Of a stretch of 64,000 bases of DNA, positions 45,481 through 55,778 are shown one piece after another. Source of the stretch: an uncultured Acidimicrobiia bacterium (GTDB taxonomy: Bacteria; Actinomycetota; Acidimicrobiia; Acidimicrobiales; AC-14); the NCBI GenBank assembly GCA_963836205.1, contig CAWIIV010000007.1, positions 128,001 through 192,000 on the forward strand, written 5' to 3'. The translations under genes were made by a program, and so were the position numbers. Each line of letters begins with the position of its first letter. Positions within the stretch are counted from its first letter, which is position 1. The notes under the pieces are model-generated. The model did not search any database, was not told the DNA's origin, and saw only the letters and a program-made list of their open reading frames with translations.

Positions 45481-45987
45481 TTACGCCTGTTCGGCCAGCT
45501 CCGAGGCGAGGGCGACCAGCTCCCGGCCGGGAGGGCCCATCTGGCGCTGGGTGATCTGCTCCACGATGGAAATGGCCTGCGGGTGCTCGGGCACCAGCCG
45601 GGCGTAGACCAGGTAGGCGGCGGCCACGCCCAGCACCCGGTCGCTCAGCTCCTCCTGGTGGAGGAGGATCTTGCCCCCCGCCCCCAGCCACGCCCGCAGC
45701 TTGGGGAACAGCTCGGCCAGCACCGCCCGGGGGTCGGTGTGGATGGCGAAGGGGATGTGCTCCCACGCCACCCCGAGGTCGTCGTAGGCGTGGAGGTTGT
45801 GGGGCGACCCGAGCAGGGAGACGACCCGGGTGAAGCCCTGCTCCCGGATCCAGATGATCTCCTCCTGGCGCCGGATGGGGCGGTGGGCGCGGGCGTAGCC
45901 GCCGGGCCGCTCGCTCACCGCCACCTGGTCCTTGATGATCCAGCAGAAGTTGCGGGGGGCGATGCCGGTGGCCCACTTGCCCTTCAC
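45481..45987 (-). CDS. Protein-tyrosine/dual-specificity phosphatase-fold protein lacking the catalytic Cys
   Basis: NFCWII...ERPGG...VVSLL...LLHQEELSDR..AAYL; GTGA-coupled to folP. Confidence 0.65.
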   Translation of the reverse strand: MKGKWATGIAPRNFCWIIKDQVAVSERPGGYARAHRPIRRQEEIIWIREQGFTRVVSLLGSPHNLHAYDDLGVAWEHIPFAIHTDPRAVLAELFPKLRAWLGAGGKILLHQEELSDRVLGVAAAYLVYARLVPEHPQAISIVEQITQRQMGPPGRELVALASELAEQA

Positions 45988-46793
45988 GACGCCACCCCGG
46001 CCCCGTCGAGCAGTCGCAGGGCCTGCACCGTGGGGCGGACGTCGTGCACCCGCACCATGGCCGCGCCCTGGTCGACGGCCCACACCGCGGTGGCCAGCGA
46101 CGCCTCCAACCGGTCGTCGGCGGGCGCCGGCACCCCGTCCTCGGCCGTCACCCGGCCCAGGAACGTCTTGCGGCTGGCGCCCACCAGCACCGGCCAGCCG
46201 GTGGCGGCCAGCGACCGCGTCGCCCGCAGCAGGGCCAGGTTGTGGGCCGCCGTCTTCCCGAAGCCGAGGCCGGGGTCGATCCACACCTCGCCGACCCCGG
46301 CCGCCCGGGCCAGGGCCGCTCGCGCCACCAAAAAAGCCCGCACCTCGCCGACCACGTCGTCGTAGTCCGGCGCCTGCTGCATCGTGGCCGGCTCGCCCCG
46401 CATGTGCATCGCCACCCAGCCGACGCCGGAGCCCGCCGCGCCCGCCCCCGCGGCCGCGACCACCGGCCACAGCGAGGCCGACACGTCGTTCACGAGAGTC
46501 GCCCCTGCCGCCACCGCCTGCTCGGCCACCGCCGCCCGGCGGGTGTCGATCGAGACCCGCACGTGGGGGGCCAGCGCCTCGACCACCGGCAGCACCCGGC
46601 GCAGCTCCTCGTCCTCGGGCACCGGCTCGGCGCCCGGGCGGGTGCTCTCACCTCCCACATCCACCACGTCGGCTCCCTCGGCGACCATCCCCAGGCCGTG
46701 GGCCACGGCCGCGTCGGGATCGAGCCAGCGCCCACCGTCGGAGAACGAGTCGGGAGTCACGTTGAGGACTCCCATGACCAACGGGCGGGGCAC
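45984..46793 (-). CDS. folP: Dihydropteroate synthase
   Basis: MGVLNVTPDSFSDGG, GGESTRPG, DPGLGF, SRK, RVHDV. Confidence 0.96.
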   Translation of the reverse strand: MPRPLVMGVLNVTPDSFSDGGRWLDPDAAVAHGLGMVAEGADVVDVGGESTRPGAEPVPEDEELRRVLPVVEALAPHVRVSIDTRRAAVAEQAVAAGATLVNDVSASLWPVVAAAGAGAAGSGVGWVAMHMRGEPATMQQAPDYDDVVGEVRAFLVARAALARAAGVGEVWIDPGLGFGKTAAHNLALLRATRSLAATGWPVLVGASRKTFLGRVTAEDGVPAPADDRLEASLATAVWAVDQGAAMVRVHDVRPTVQALRLLDGAGVAS

Positions 46794-46818
46794 GAAGGGA
46801 GAGCGTACCGGCGCCGGG

Positions 46819-47418
46819 TCAGCGTGGACCGTGGATGAACTGCAAAGCTTCGGCCCGGGTGGCCTGATTTTCCCGGAACAGGCCCCGAACGGCCGACGTG
46901 ATGGTGGTGGTGCCCGGCTTCTGCACGCCCCGCATCGACATGCACAGGTGCTCGGCCTCGATCACGACCAGCACGCCCCGCGGCTGGAGGCTGGCCATGA
47001 GCTCGTCGGCGATCTGGCTGGTGAGCTGCTCCTGCACCTGGGGCCGGCGGGCGTAGGCCTCCACCAGCCGCACCAGCTTGGACAGGCCGGTGATCCGGCC
47101 CTCGCCGTTCGGGATGTAGGCCACGTGGGCCTGGCCGATGAAGGGGACGAGATGGTGCTCGCACACGCTGTAGATGGCGATGTCCTTGACCATGATCATC
47201 TCGTCGTGGTCGGCGGCGAAGGTGACGGCCAGGTGCTCCGCAGGCGACTCCCGCAGGCCGGCGAAGACCTCCTCGTACATGGCCGCCACCCGCTCGGGGG
47301 TGCGCCGGAGGCCCTCCCGGTCGGGGTCCTCGCCGATGGCCTCCAGGATCTCCCGGACGGCCTTCTCGATCCGTCCCTTGTCGATGGGGCCGGGATCGTG
47401 CCCGCCGGACGGGCTCAA
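46819..47418 (-). CDS. folE: GTP cyclohydrolase I
   Basis: [26 protein letters not shown]. Confidence 0.96.
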   Translation of the reverse strand: MSPSGGHDPGPIDKGRIEKAVREILEAIGEDPDREGLRRTPERVAAMYEEVFAGLRESPAEHLAVTFAADHDEMIMVKDIAIYSVCEHHLVPFIGQAHVAYIPNGEGRITGLSKLVRLVEAYARRPQVQEQLTSQIADELMASLQPRGVLVVIEAEHLCMSMRGVQKPGTTTITSAVRGLFRENQATRAEALQFIHGPR

Positions 47419-47419
47419 C

Positions 47420-49291
47420 TCAGCTACGGCTGATGGGGCGGACGTTGCCCGTAGGTCCCGTCCCGTTGGTGGCCCGCCGGGGCCGCTCGGGGACTTCGCC
47501 CAGGATGGCCATGACCTCGGCGGTGTCGAGGGTCTCCTTCTCCATGAGGGCGTCGGCCAGCTGGTCGAGGACCTTGCGGTGGGTGACGAGCACCTCCATC
47601 GCCTCCTCGTGGGCCTCGTCGATCAGCCGGCGGACCTCGGAGTCGATGTGGGCCGCCACCTCCTGGGAGTAGTTGATCTGGTTGCCGTACTCCCGGCCCA
47701 GGAAGACCTCGCCCACCTTCGCCCCCAGCTGCTGGGGCCCGATCTCGTCACTCATCCCGTATTCGGTGACCATGGCCCGGGCGATGGCCGTGGCCCGCTC
47801 GATGTCGTTCTGGGCGCCGGTGGTGGGGTCCTGGAAGATCAGCTCCTCGGCCGTGCGCCCGCCCAGGAGCATGGCCAGCTGGTCGCGCAGGGCGGAGCGG
47901 GTGGTGAGGTACTTGTCCTCGGTGGGCAGGGCGAGGGTCCAGCCCAGGGCCCGGCCCCGGGCGATGATCGAGATCTTGTGGATGGGGTCGGCGTCGGGGA
48001 GGGCGTGGCCCACCAGGGCGTGGCCACCCTCGTGGTAGGCGATGACCCGCTTCTCCTTCTCCGAGATGATGCGGGACTTGCGCTCGGGACCGGCCATGAC
48101 CCGGTCGATGGCCTCCTCCAACTGGGGCATGCCGATCTCCTTGAAGCCCCGCCGGGCGGTGAGGAGGGCGGCCTCGTTCATGAGGTTGGCCAGGTCGGCA
48201 CCGGTGAAGCCGGGTGTGCGCCGGGCCAGCACGTCGACGTCGACCCCCTTGGCCAGGGGCTTGTCCTTCCCGTGGACGTTGAGGATCGCCCGCCGCCCGG
48301 CCAGGTCGGGCCGGTCGACCACGATCTGGCGGTCGAAGCGTCCCGGGCGGAGGAGGGCGGGGTCGAGGATGTCGGGCCGGTTGGTGGCGGCGATGAGGAT
48401 CACGCCCGCCTTGGTGTCGAAGCCGTCCATCTCCACCAGCAGCTGGTTGAGGGTCTGCTCCCGCTCGTCGTGGCCACCGCCCATGCCCGCCCCCCGGTGG
48501 CGGCCCACGGCGTCGATCTCGTCGACGAAGACGATCGCCGGCGCCGCCGCCTTGGCCTGCTCGAACAGGTCGCGGACGCGGCTGGCGCCCACGCCGACGA
48601 ACATCTCCACGAAGTCCGACCCGGAGATGGAGAAGAAGGGCACCCCCGCCTCGCCGGCCACGGCCCGGGCCAGCAGCGTCTTGCCCGTGCCCGGAGGACC
48701 GAACAGCAGCACGCCCTTGGGGATCTTGGCCCCGATGGCGACGAACTTGGCCGGCGCCTCCAAGAACTCCTTGATCTCCTGCAGCTCCTCGACGGCCTCG
48801 TCGGCCCCGGCCACGTCGGCGAAGGTGACCTTGGTCTGCTCCTTCGACACCTGCTTGGCCTTGACCTTGCCGAACTGCATCACCCGGCTTCCACCGCCCT
48901 GCATGGAGTTCATGACGAAGATGAAGGCGCCGATGAGCAGGATGACGGGCAGGAACGTCTGGAGGATCGCCCACCACACCGGGTCCTTCTGGTGGTCGAC
49001 CCGGATCTGGGGCGGGGTCTCGGCCGTGCGCAGCATCTCGCCCAGCTGCTCGGAGTCGTCGCGGACGTAGTTGACCTTGTACTTCTGGCCGCTGACGAGC
49101 TCGCCCGACACGACCCCGTCGCGGTCGGCGATGGTGGCGGTGCGCACGTCGCCGTTGGCGACCAGCTGCTCGAACTGGTCGAGGCGCAGCTTGCGGGGCT
49201 TGTCGCCGGAGCGGGCCAGGGCGCCGATGACCACCACCGCCAGGAGCGCGAGCAGGACATAGGACGCGGGCGAACGAAGGAGCTTCTTCAC
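47420..49291 (-). CDS. ftsH: ATP-dependent zinc metalloprotease FtsH
   Basis: Two TMs, [23 protein letters not shown]. Confidence 0.97.
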   Translation of the reverse strand: MKKLLRSPASYVLLALLAVVVIGALARSGDKPRKLRLDQFEQLVANGDVRTATIADRDGVVSGELVSGQKYKVNYVRDDSEQLGEMLRTAETPPQIRVDHQKDPVWWAILQTFLPVILLIGAFIFVMNSMQGGGSRVMQFGKVKAKQVSKEQTKVTFADVAGADEAVEELQEIKEFLEAPAKFVAIGAKIPKGVLLFGPPGTGKTLLARAVAGEAGVPFFSISGSDFVEMFVGVGASRVRDLFEQAKAAAPAIVFVDEIDAVGRHRGAGMGGGHDEREQTLNQLLVEMDGFDTKAGVILIAATNRPDILDPALLRPGRFDRQIVVDRPDLAGRRAILNVHGKDKPLAKGVDVDVLARRTPGFTGADLANLMNEAALLTARRGFKEIGMPQLEEAIDRVMAGPERKSRIISEKEKRVIAYHEGGHALVGHALPDADPIHKISIIARGRALGWTLALPTEDKYLTTRSALRDQLAMLLGGRTAEELIFQDPTTGAQNDIERATAIARAMVTEYGMSDEIGPQQLGAKVGEVFLGREYGNQINYSQEVAAHIDSEVRRLIDEAHEEAMEVLVTHRKVLDQLADALMEKETLDTAEVMAILGEVPERPRRATNGTGPTGNVRPISRS

Positions 49292-49296
49292 TCCCG

Positions 49297-49860
49297 TCAG
49301 GGTACCGACGGCTCGGGGCCCGCGTATGCGCAGACGTAAGGGAGGTTCCGGTAGCGCTCCTCGAGGTCGAGCCCGTAGCCGATGACGAAGTCGGACGGGA
49401 TGTCGAAGCCGACGTAGCGCAGGTCGGGATCGTGCTTCTGGAGGCCGGTGCGCACGAGCAGGGCGCACACCTCCAGCGACGCCGGGCCCCGCGACCGGAG
49501 GTTCTTGCGGACGTAGGAGAGGGTGAGGCCGCTGTCGACGATGTCTTCCACCAGGAGGACGTGGCGGCCGGTGAGGTCGAGGTCGAGGTCCTTGACGATG
49601 CGCACCACGCCGCTGGTCTTGGTGGCGCTGCCGTAAGACGACACGGCCATGAAGTCGAACTCCACCGGCAGGTCGATGGCCCGGGCCAGGTCGCTCATGA
49701 AGACGAAGGCCCCCTTGAGGACCCCTACCAGGAGGAGCGGCGATCGCTCCCGGTAGTCGTCGGTGATCTGGCGGCCGAGCTCGGCGATCCGGGTGCGGAG
49801 CTGTTCCTCGGACACGACGACGGGCCCCAGGTTGGGGTCGCGGGTCGGGTCGGGCGCCAC
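49297..49860 (-). CDS. hpt: Hypoxanthine phosphoribosyltransferase
   Basis: [23 protein letters not shown]. Confidence 0.96.
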   Translation of the reverse strand: MAPDPTRDPNLGPVVVSEEQLRTRIAELGRQITDDYRERSPLLLVGVLKGAFVFMSDLARAIDLPVEFDFMAVSSYGSATKTSGVVRIVKDLDLDLTGRHVLLVEDIVDSGLTLSYVRKNLRSRGPASLEVCALLVRTGLQKHDPDLRYVGFDIPSDFVIGYGLDLEERYRNLPYVCAYAGPEPSVP

Positions 49861-49880
49861 GTGTCGCGAAGGTACTGCCC

Positions 49881-50674
49881 CTACGGGTAGACCAGGGAGC
49901 CGCAGGTCAGGTGGGAGAGATGGCTGTCAGGACTGCTCGGCGGCACCGGCATGGGCCAGCCCACGACCGGGTCGAGCGTGGGCGGCTGGTTGCCCACGTC
50001 GAGGGTGTAGAGCTGCGACTGGCCGCTGAACGTGATCCCGTCGGTGCTGGTGGTGTCGAAGACCTCGACGCCCTGGTCGAACATGAAGCAGGCCACCCCG
50101 GCGGCGTTCATGACCGACGCCCCCACCGGCAGCTCCACCGGGTTGCCGTCGAGCACTGGCCGGACGAGCTGGCAGCCCTGGAACACGAAGATGGTCACGA
50201 TCGAGGCGTAGGCCCCGCTGCCGACCTTCACCCACGCCACCTCGGATGGGTCCGAACCGTTCAGGTGGGCGGCGAAGATCGGCTCCACCGCGCCCGGCCC
50301 CACCGCCGCCACCACCTGGTCGTGGAAGCCGTCGCCCGCCATCTCGCCCCGGACGTGCCAGTCGCCACCGTCGAGGTAGACCCGCAGGGTGTCGGCCGTG
50401 CCGTCGCCGTCGAAGTCGACGGGGATGGTGTCGTCGGACGCGAGGGGGCGCGGGCTGCGATCGGCGGGCAGGACTGGGTGGTCGGCGCCGACGTCACCGT
50501 CGACCCGGGCGCAGGTACGACGGTGGTCGACGACGCGCTCGACCCGCCCCCGGTGGTGGTCGTGGACGCGGTGGAGGAGGGGGTCGCGGTCTCGTCGTCG
50601 CCGCCGCCCCCGCAGGCCACCAGCACCAGGCTCAGGGCGAGCACGACCCCGACCGACCTGCCCGTCCTGCCCAT
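49881..50674 (-). CDS. Hypothetical lipoprotein with DFDGDG Ca-binding-like motif (frameshift near 50450)
   Basis: Lipobox LVA-C, Ser/Thr linker, then [10 protein letters not shown] domain in next frame. Confidence 0.65.
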
Positions 50675-50725
50675 CCCGGACCTCCGTCGCCGACTCGGAC
50701 CGGCGCGCCTCGCCGTGGCGGGAGG

Positions 50726-51700
50726 TTATCCCCCCGCTGGCGGCAGCGGAGTCCCAGGCTCCAGGCGGAGGCGTTGGCCGGTGCGGGCGACCCGCCGGCC
50801 GCCGCCGACCTCGGCCGCCCGGACCTCTCCCCGGGCGACGGCCAGCACCCGCTCGACGGCGGCCCCGTCGGGTGGGTGCTCGCAGCCGGCGGCGAGCCAC
50901 CGGCGCACGGCCCGCCGGGCCAGGGCCGAAGGCGCGGCGGCCACCGCCCGGGCGTCGGTGGGGTCGAGGGCGGCGGCCAGGCCGTCGAGCAGCTCGGCCT
51001 CGTCCCGGAGCAGCGGCGCCTGGCGGGCGAGGACGGCGGCCACGTCGCGCTGGGCGATGGCGTCGAGCAGGGGCAACAGCTCGTGGCGGACGCGGTTGCG
51101 GCGGTGGACAGGGTCGGCGTTCGACGGGTCGTCCACCGGCGTCAGGCCCAGGAGCCGGCAGAGGGATCTGGTCTCGTGCCGCCGCAGGCCGAGGATCGGC
51201 CGCCGGGGCCCGGGGGCGATCCCGGCCAGTCCGTCCAGCCCGGCCCCCCGCACCAGGTTGAGCAGGACGGTCTCGGCCTGGTCGTCGGCGGTGTGGCCGG
51301 TGAGGACGTCGGCCGGCAGCACCCGGTAGCGGGCGGCCCGGGCCCTCGCCTCCAGGTTGGTTCCGGGCTCGACCATCACCCGTTCCGACCGGAACCCGGC
51401 CCCCGCCGCCGCAGCCGCCGCCCGCACCACCTCGGCCTCGGCCGCCGACTGATCCCGCAGCCCGTGGTCGACATGGACGGCGGTCACCTCGCAGCCGGCC
51501 GCCACCGCCAGTACGAGCAGGGCCAGCGAGTCGGCCCCTCCCGACACCGCGCACGTCACCGCCGAGCCCGGCCTCGCGAACGTGCACCGGGCCAGCAGCT
51601 CGGCGGTCAGGAGCCCGGCCGCCGGATGGTCGGCAGCCGGGGGAACGGCCGCCGGGGAATCGGTGGCCGGGGAATCGGTGGCCGGGGGAGGCGTCGTCAG
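50726..51700 (-). CDS. tilS: tRNA(Ile)-lysidine synthase (start uncertain)
   Basis: AVSGGADS, HVDHGLR, TGHTADDQAET, DPSN, RNRVR. Confidence 0.93.
   Translation of the reverse strand: MTTPPPATDSPATDSPAAVPPAADHPAAGLLTAELLARCTFARPGSAVTCAVSGGADSLALLVLAVAAGCEVTAVHVDHGLRDQSAAEAEVVRAAAAAAGAGFRSERVMVEPGTNLEARARAARYRVLPADVLTGHTADDQAETVLLNLVRGAGLDGLAGIAPGPRRPILGLRRHETRSLCRLLGLTPVDDPSNADPVHRRNRVRHELLPLLDAIAQRDVAAVLARQAPLLRDEAELLDGLAAALDPTDARAVAAAPSALARRAVRRWLAAGCEHPPDGAAVERVLAVARGEVRAAEVGGGRRVARTGQRLRLEPGTPLPPAGG
51621..51689. repeat. 15-bp minisatellite in tilS 5' region
   Basis: GCCGGGGAATCGGTG twice plus degenerate units (PATDS peptide). Confidence 0.8.
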
Positions 51701-52791
51701 CTGGCGGCGGCCCGCACGTCGGCCACCCGCGACACCCAGGCGTCGGGGTTGCGGATCTCGGGCAGCGTCGGCAGGTACTCGGAGCCCTCCCACAGCAGCG
51801 ACACGTTGTCGGGGTCGGAGAGCTCGATGGCCTCCAGGAACTCCTCGCCCTCCTGGTACTGGCGCAGCTTGGCCTCCAGCCCGACCAGTCGTTGGACGAA
51901 CCGCACCGTGCCGTTGGACTGCCGCCGCTCGTGGAGGACGTCGCGGAAGCGGCCCGCGCTCGGGATGCGGTCGGCCGCGGCCCGGTCCATGGTGATGTCG
52001 CCGTGGCCCTCGAGGACGCTCATCAGGCCCTGCATCTGCTGGAGGACGGCGTGCTGCTCCGGCCCCGCCAGCAGGGTGACCAGCCCTCCCTCGTCGAGGG
52101 GACTCCGGCCGGCCCGGATCTCCTCCACCGCCCGCCGCAGGGCGACCAGGAACATCTTGGGGTCGGGATCGAAGGCGGACAGGCTGGAGTCGACCAGCGA
52201 CAGGAAGTAGGGCCGCATCCAGGGGATCCCGGTGAACTGGGCCCGGTGGGTGACCTCGTGGAGGGCCAGCCACAGGCGGAACTCACGGGGCGGGAAGGAG
52301 AAGCGCTTCTCCAGCGACAGGACGTTGGGGCCCACGTAGTAGACGATGTCCTGGTCGTCGGGGTTCTCGTTCTCGATGACGAGCATGTCGTACTGGCCCA
52401 GCACCCGGGTGGACATCCACCCGAGCAGCGCGCCCACCTCGGCGCCCGCGATGTGACGACCGATGGGGGCGACCTTGGTCTGGTTGACGCGCTCGCCGAT
52501 GCGGTCGGTGAAGGGCCGCAGCAGGCGCTGGAAGGAGGCCAGGTTGGCCCTGATCCAACCCGCCCGGTCCGTGACCCGCACCCGGGCCGGCCCGTGCAGG
52601 GAGTGGAGCCCGGTCTGGATGCCGACCAGCTCCTCCGCCTCGGCGGTGAACTCCTTGAAGTCGGGCTCGAGCGAGGCGTAGTGGTACGACTCGGCCAAGG
52701 GTTCACTGCCGGCGACGCGCACCGCCACCTTCTCGGCCGTGTCCCAGGCGATGAAGTCGAAGGGGGGCGGGGCGGGAGACGCTGCGGTCAC
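51697..52791 (-). CDS. Zinc-dependent metalloprotease (DUF2342/zincin-like)
   Basis: VLGQYD, LHEVTH, EGHGD, KLRQY; usual position upstream of tilS. Confidence 0.85.
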   Translation of the reverse strand: MTAASPAPPPFDFIAWDTAEKVAVRVAGSEPLAESYHYASLEPDFKEFTAEAEELVGIQTGLHSLHGPARVRVTDRAGWIRANLASFQRLLRPFTDRIGERVNQTKVAPIGRHIAGAEVGALLGWMSTRVLGQYDMLVIENENPDDQDIVYYVGPNVLSLEKRFSFPPREFRLWLALHEVTHRAQFTGIPWMRPYFLSLVDSSLSAFDPDPKMFLVALRRAVEEIRAGRSPLDEGGLVTLLAGPEQHAVLQQMQGLMSVLEGHGDITMDRAAADRIPSAGRFRDVLHERRQSNGTVRFVQRLVGLEAKLRQYQEGEEFLEAIELSDPDNVSLLWEGSEYLPTLPEIRNPDAWVSRVADVRAAAS

Positions 52792-52798
52792 GGGGCTC

Positions 52799-52936
52799 CT
52801 ACGTCTTGGGGTACTTGGCTGCCACCACTTTCACGAGGTAGCCCAGAATGAACGCGAGCAAACCGAGGACCGCCGACAGCGTCAGCACGGGGGCCAGCCA
52901 GTAGGTCCACGGTTTGGCGGCGAGCATCAGGTCCAT
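52799..52936 (-). CDS. 45-aa single-pass membrane protein (below ORF track cut-off)
   Basis: MDLMLAAKPWTYWLAPVLTLSAVLGLLAFILGYLVKVVAAKYPKT*; TACAGT -10 just upstream. Confidence 0.7.
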   Translation of the reverse strand: MDLMLAAKPWTYWLAPVLTLSAVLGLLAFILGYLVKVVAAKYPKT

Positions 52937-53052
52937 TGGGGGAGCACTGTATCGGTGCCGACCCCCCAACTCGCCACATCACCGCCGTTCAGGAAGATGT
53001 CACCCCCGCCGGGCCCATCGTGCGGCGGGGGGCGGAAGCGTTGCGTTGTGGG

Positions 53053-53241
53053 TCAGGCGATCTTGCGACCGCGCACCCGGGGGACCGACATGGGCTCGTG
53101 CTGGTAGCAGAACTTGCCGTCGTTGTAGATCGACAGCCTGGTCTCGCAACCCGCCTGGCCGCAGACGCGACCGGCCTTGAACCGCTTGGAGGGCCGGTCA
53201 TTCCCCGAGATCGGCTTGGCGCCGACGGAGGCTTCGGACAT
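53053..53241 (-). CDS. Small Cys/His putative Zn-binding protein
   Basis: C-x4-C...C-x2-H (RVCGQAGC...FCYQH), basic tail. Confidence 0.7.
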   Translation of the reverse strand: MSEASVGAKPISGNDRPSKRFKAGRVCGQAGCETRLSIYNDGKFCYQHEPMSVPRVRGRKIA

Positions 53242-53249
53242 GCCCTTCA

Positions 53250-53276
53250 CAACCGGCGGAAGGGCCGGCCTATTCC
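53250..53276 (-). promoter_or_regulatory. SigR-type promoter
   Basis: GGAAT-N18-GTTG, 8 nt before ATG 53241. Confidence 0.72.
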
Positions 53277-53521
53277 GGGGTGGCGCCGGGGTCTTCGAGG
53301 CGACGCAGGGCTTCGTAGACCCGGGCCCGAAGCCCCTCGGGCACCCGCTCTCGGCAGCGCTGGGCGATGATCACCCGCAGCTCGGACTCGAAGTCGAAGG
53401 CGTCACCGCACGGGGGGCAGTCGGCCAGGTGCATGGCGATGACGACCCGCCGCTCGTAGGTGAGCTCACCGTCGAGGTAGAAGTAGAGCTGCTCAACTGC
53501 CTCGTAGCAATTGTCATGCAT
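53270..53521 (-). CDS. rsrA: Zinc-associated anti-sigma factor RsrA-like
   Basis: C...LYFYLDGEL...HLADCPPC...VP..LR. Confidence 0.88.
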   Translation of the reverse strand: MHDNCYEAVEQLYFYLDGELTYERRVVIAMHLADCPPCGDAFDFESELRVIIAQRCRERVPEGLRARVYEALRRLEDPGATPE

Positions 53522-54101
53522 GCGGCGATCCCTCCGGCACCAACCCTCGTTGCCGTCCGAATTCGTACAACCGCTTCTGCAACGCCTTTCTTCCGCGGTG
53601 GAGACGACTCATGACGGTGCCGATGGGGATGTCGAGGATCTCCGCGATCTCCTTGTACGAGAATCCCTCCACGTCGCCGAGGAGCACCGCCATGCGGAAC
53701 TGCTCGGGGAGGGCCTCGATGGCTTCCTTGACCTCGGTCTCGGTGATGTGGTCGAGGACCTCGTCCTCCGCGCTGCGGCCGGCCGTGGCCCCCTCCGACC
53801 CGGCCAGGCGCCGGTACATGTAGAGGTTCTCGAGGTCTTCCAGCTCGGTCTCCTCCGGCCGCCGCTTCTTCGACCGGTAGGAGTTGATGAACGTGTTGGT
53901 GAGGATGCGGTAGAGCCAGGCCTTGAGGTTGGTGCCCTCCTGGAATCCCCCGAAGCCGCGGTAGGCCTTGAGGTAGGTCTCCTGGACCAGGTCTTCGGCG
54001 TCGGACGGGTTGCGCGTCATGCGCAGGGCGGCGGTGTAGAGCCCACCCATGTACTCCATCGCCTGGTCCGCAAAGGTCGCCTGGTCGGCCACGTTGGTCA
54101 C
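53514..54101 (-). CDS. sigR: ECF sigma factor, SigR / mycobacterial SigH type
   Basis: [47 protein letters not shown]; followed by rsrA. Confidence 0.92.
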   Translation of the reverse strand: MTNVADQATFADQAMEYMGGLYTAALRMTRNPSDAEDLVQETYLKAYRGFGGFQEGTNLKAWLYRILTNTFINSYRSKKRRPEETELEDLENLYMYRRLAGSEGATAGRSAEDEVLDHITETEVKEAIEALPEQFRMAVLLGDVEGFSYKEIAEILDIPIGTVMSRLHRGRKALQKRLYEFGRQRGLVPEGSPHA

Positions 54102-54157
54102 GGTACTCCCAGCCAGAGACAGTCCCCGACCGCCCCTCGCCGCGGCCGGCGGGCTCG

Positions 54158-54658
54158 CTACCAGGAGCTGGTGATCTCCGGGCGGTGGTTCATGGTCTGG
54201 AGGACGACGCAGTAACGCTCGGTGAGCTTGCGCAGGGTCGCCAGCTGCTCGGCCGTGGCGTCGGAGTCGAGGTCGAAGCTGAGGCGGATGGCCCGGAAGC
54301 CCACCGGCGTCTGGCGGTCGACGGCCAGCGTCCCCCGGAAGTCGAGGTCGCCCTCGGCCCGCACCGTGCCCCCCGCCACCGGGATCGACAGGGCGGTGGC
54401 GACGGCCCGGAGGGTGACGCCGGCGCAGGCCACCAGGGCCTGGAGGAGCATGTCGCCGGAGCAGGCCGACAGCCCGTCGCCGCCGCTGGCCGGGTGCAGG
54501 CCGGCCTCCACCAGCGCCCGGCCGGTGTCGATCGAGCAGGTCACCGCCTCCTCGCCCAGCCTGCCCTCGGCCGACAGGGTCAACAGGGCGGCGCCGGGGT
54601 CCTCCCGGTATCGGTCCTTGAGCGGCGCCTGGATGGCTCGCAGGGTGTCGGCGTCCAT
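54158..54658 (-). CDS. OsmC family protein
   Basis: [26 protein letters not shown]. Confidence 0.88.
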   Translation of the reverse strand: MDADTLRAIQAPLKDRYREDPGAALLTLSAEGRLGEEAVTCSIDTGRALVEAGLHPASGGDGLSACSGDMLLQALVACAGVTLRAVATALSIPVAGGTVRAEGDLDFRGTLAVDRQTPVGFRAIRLSFDLDSDATAEQLATLRKLTERYCVVLQTMNHRPEITSSW

Positions 54659-54677
54659 GGCCGCCAGTGTGGCCGAC

Positions 54678-55757
54678 TCAGGGGCTGGCCAGGACGGAGA
54701 GCACGGCCTCGGCCAGGTCTCCAAGCCCCGAGCACTCCTCGTCGAAGCCGTCGTCGGGCATGGTCGCGCCGAGCAGGTAGCTGTCGCCGGCGGAGGACGT
54801 GATCACGGCCGTTTCCACGCAGTCCAGCCCGGGCGCCACCCCCGGCTTGCCCCGCACCGTCGCCCCCGGGCCGAGGACCCGCATGGCGGCGTCGGAGAAG
54901 TAGCTGCCGGCGCCGGCCATGGCGTCGGAAAGGGCGTCGACGTCGGACGGGCTGATGGCGAAGCGCTCCTCGGCCGACAGCGAGCGGTCGAGCACCAGCC
55001 GCCTCACCGCCTCCGACAGCTCGAACAGGTCGGTGCAGTTGCCCTCGTCGGGACAGTCGTATTCGCCGGTCCCGTCCCGGGCCGGGACCACCGTGGACCG
55101 GCCCCCCTCCTCCAGGACCATCTCCGGTGACCAGCGCACGTCGATGCCGGCGTAGGACCGTTGGATGACGGTGGTGGGGAAGCCGTTGGCCGGGCTCAGG
55201 AAGTCGGCGTTGAGCCGGTCGAAGCCGGCGATGCGGATGAGCATGTCGTAGTCGGCGTTGTCGCTGACGAGGACGGCGGACTCGTAGATCTCCCGCAGGG
55301 TCCAGGAGTAGCCGGTCTCGAAGGAAACCGTGGCCGCGCCGGTGTAGCCGAGCGACGCCGCGAAGTCGAGGGCCCCGAGGGCGGCCAGGAGCTTGATCGA
55401 CGACGCCGGCCAGAAGTCGCGGTCGAAGGCCCCGCCGCCGGCCATGTAGTCGACGTACCGGGGCGCCCCCGAGCCGTCACCTTCGACGACCCGGGCCGCG
55501 TACACGCTGGCGCCCCCGGGAAGCTCGTAGCCCGACGCGGCCAGGTCGAGCGGCTGGGGACCGGACTGCGCTCGCTCGTCGTCCGGAACCGGAGGGGCCA
55601 TCTCCTCCGACCCGCGGTCGGGACCCGAGGCGGGGAGGCTCGCCGTCCCCATCCCCGTCCCAGTCGGTGTTCCGGCTTGCACGCTCGCGGTGACCCCGGC
55701 CACGAGGAGCAGCATCGCCACCGCGCATGCCAACGGTCGGACGGCGCCCCCAGCCAT
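54678..55757 (-). CDS. Secreted serine hydrolase, class A beta-lactamase-like fold
   Basis: Signal peptide; PASSIK (SxxK), SDN, KPG. Confidence 0.7.
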   Translation of the reverse strand: MAGGAVRPLACAVAMLLLVAGVTASVQAGTPTGTGMGTASLPASGPDRGSEEMAPPVPDDERAQSGPQPLDLAASGYELPGGASVYAARVVEGDGSGAPRYVDYMAGGGAFDRDFWPASSIKLLAALGALDFAASLGYTGAATVSFETGYSWTLREIYESAVLVSDNADYDMLIRIAGFDRLNADFLSPANGFPTTVIQRSYAGIDVRWSPEMVLEEGGRSTVVPARDGTGEYDCPDEGNCTDLFELSEAVRRLVLDRSLSAEERFAISPSDVDALSDAMAGAGSYFSDAAMRVLGPGATVRGKPGVAPGLDCVETAVITSSAGDSYLLGATMPDDGFDEECSGLGDLAEAVLSVLASP

Positions 55758-55778
55758 TTGGCCCACACGATGCCCAAA

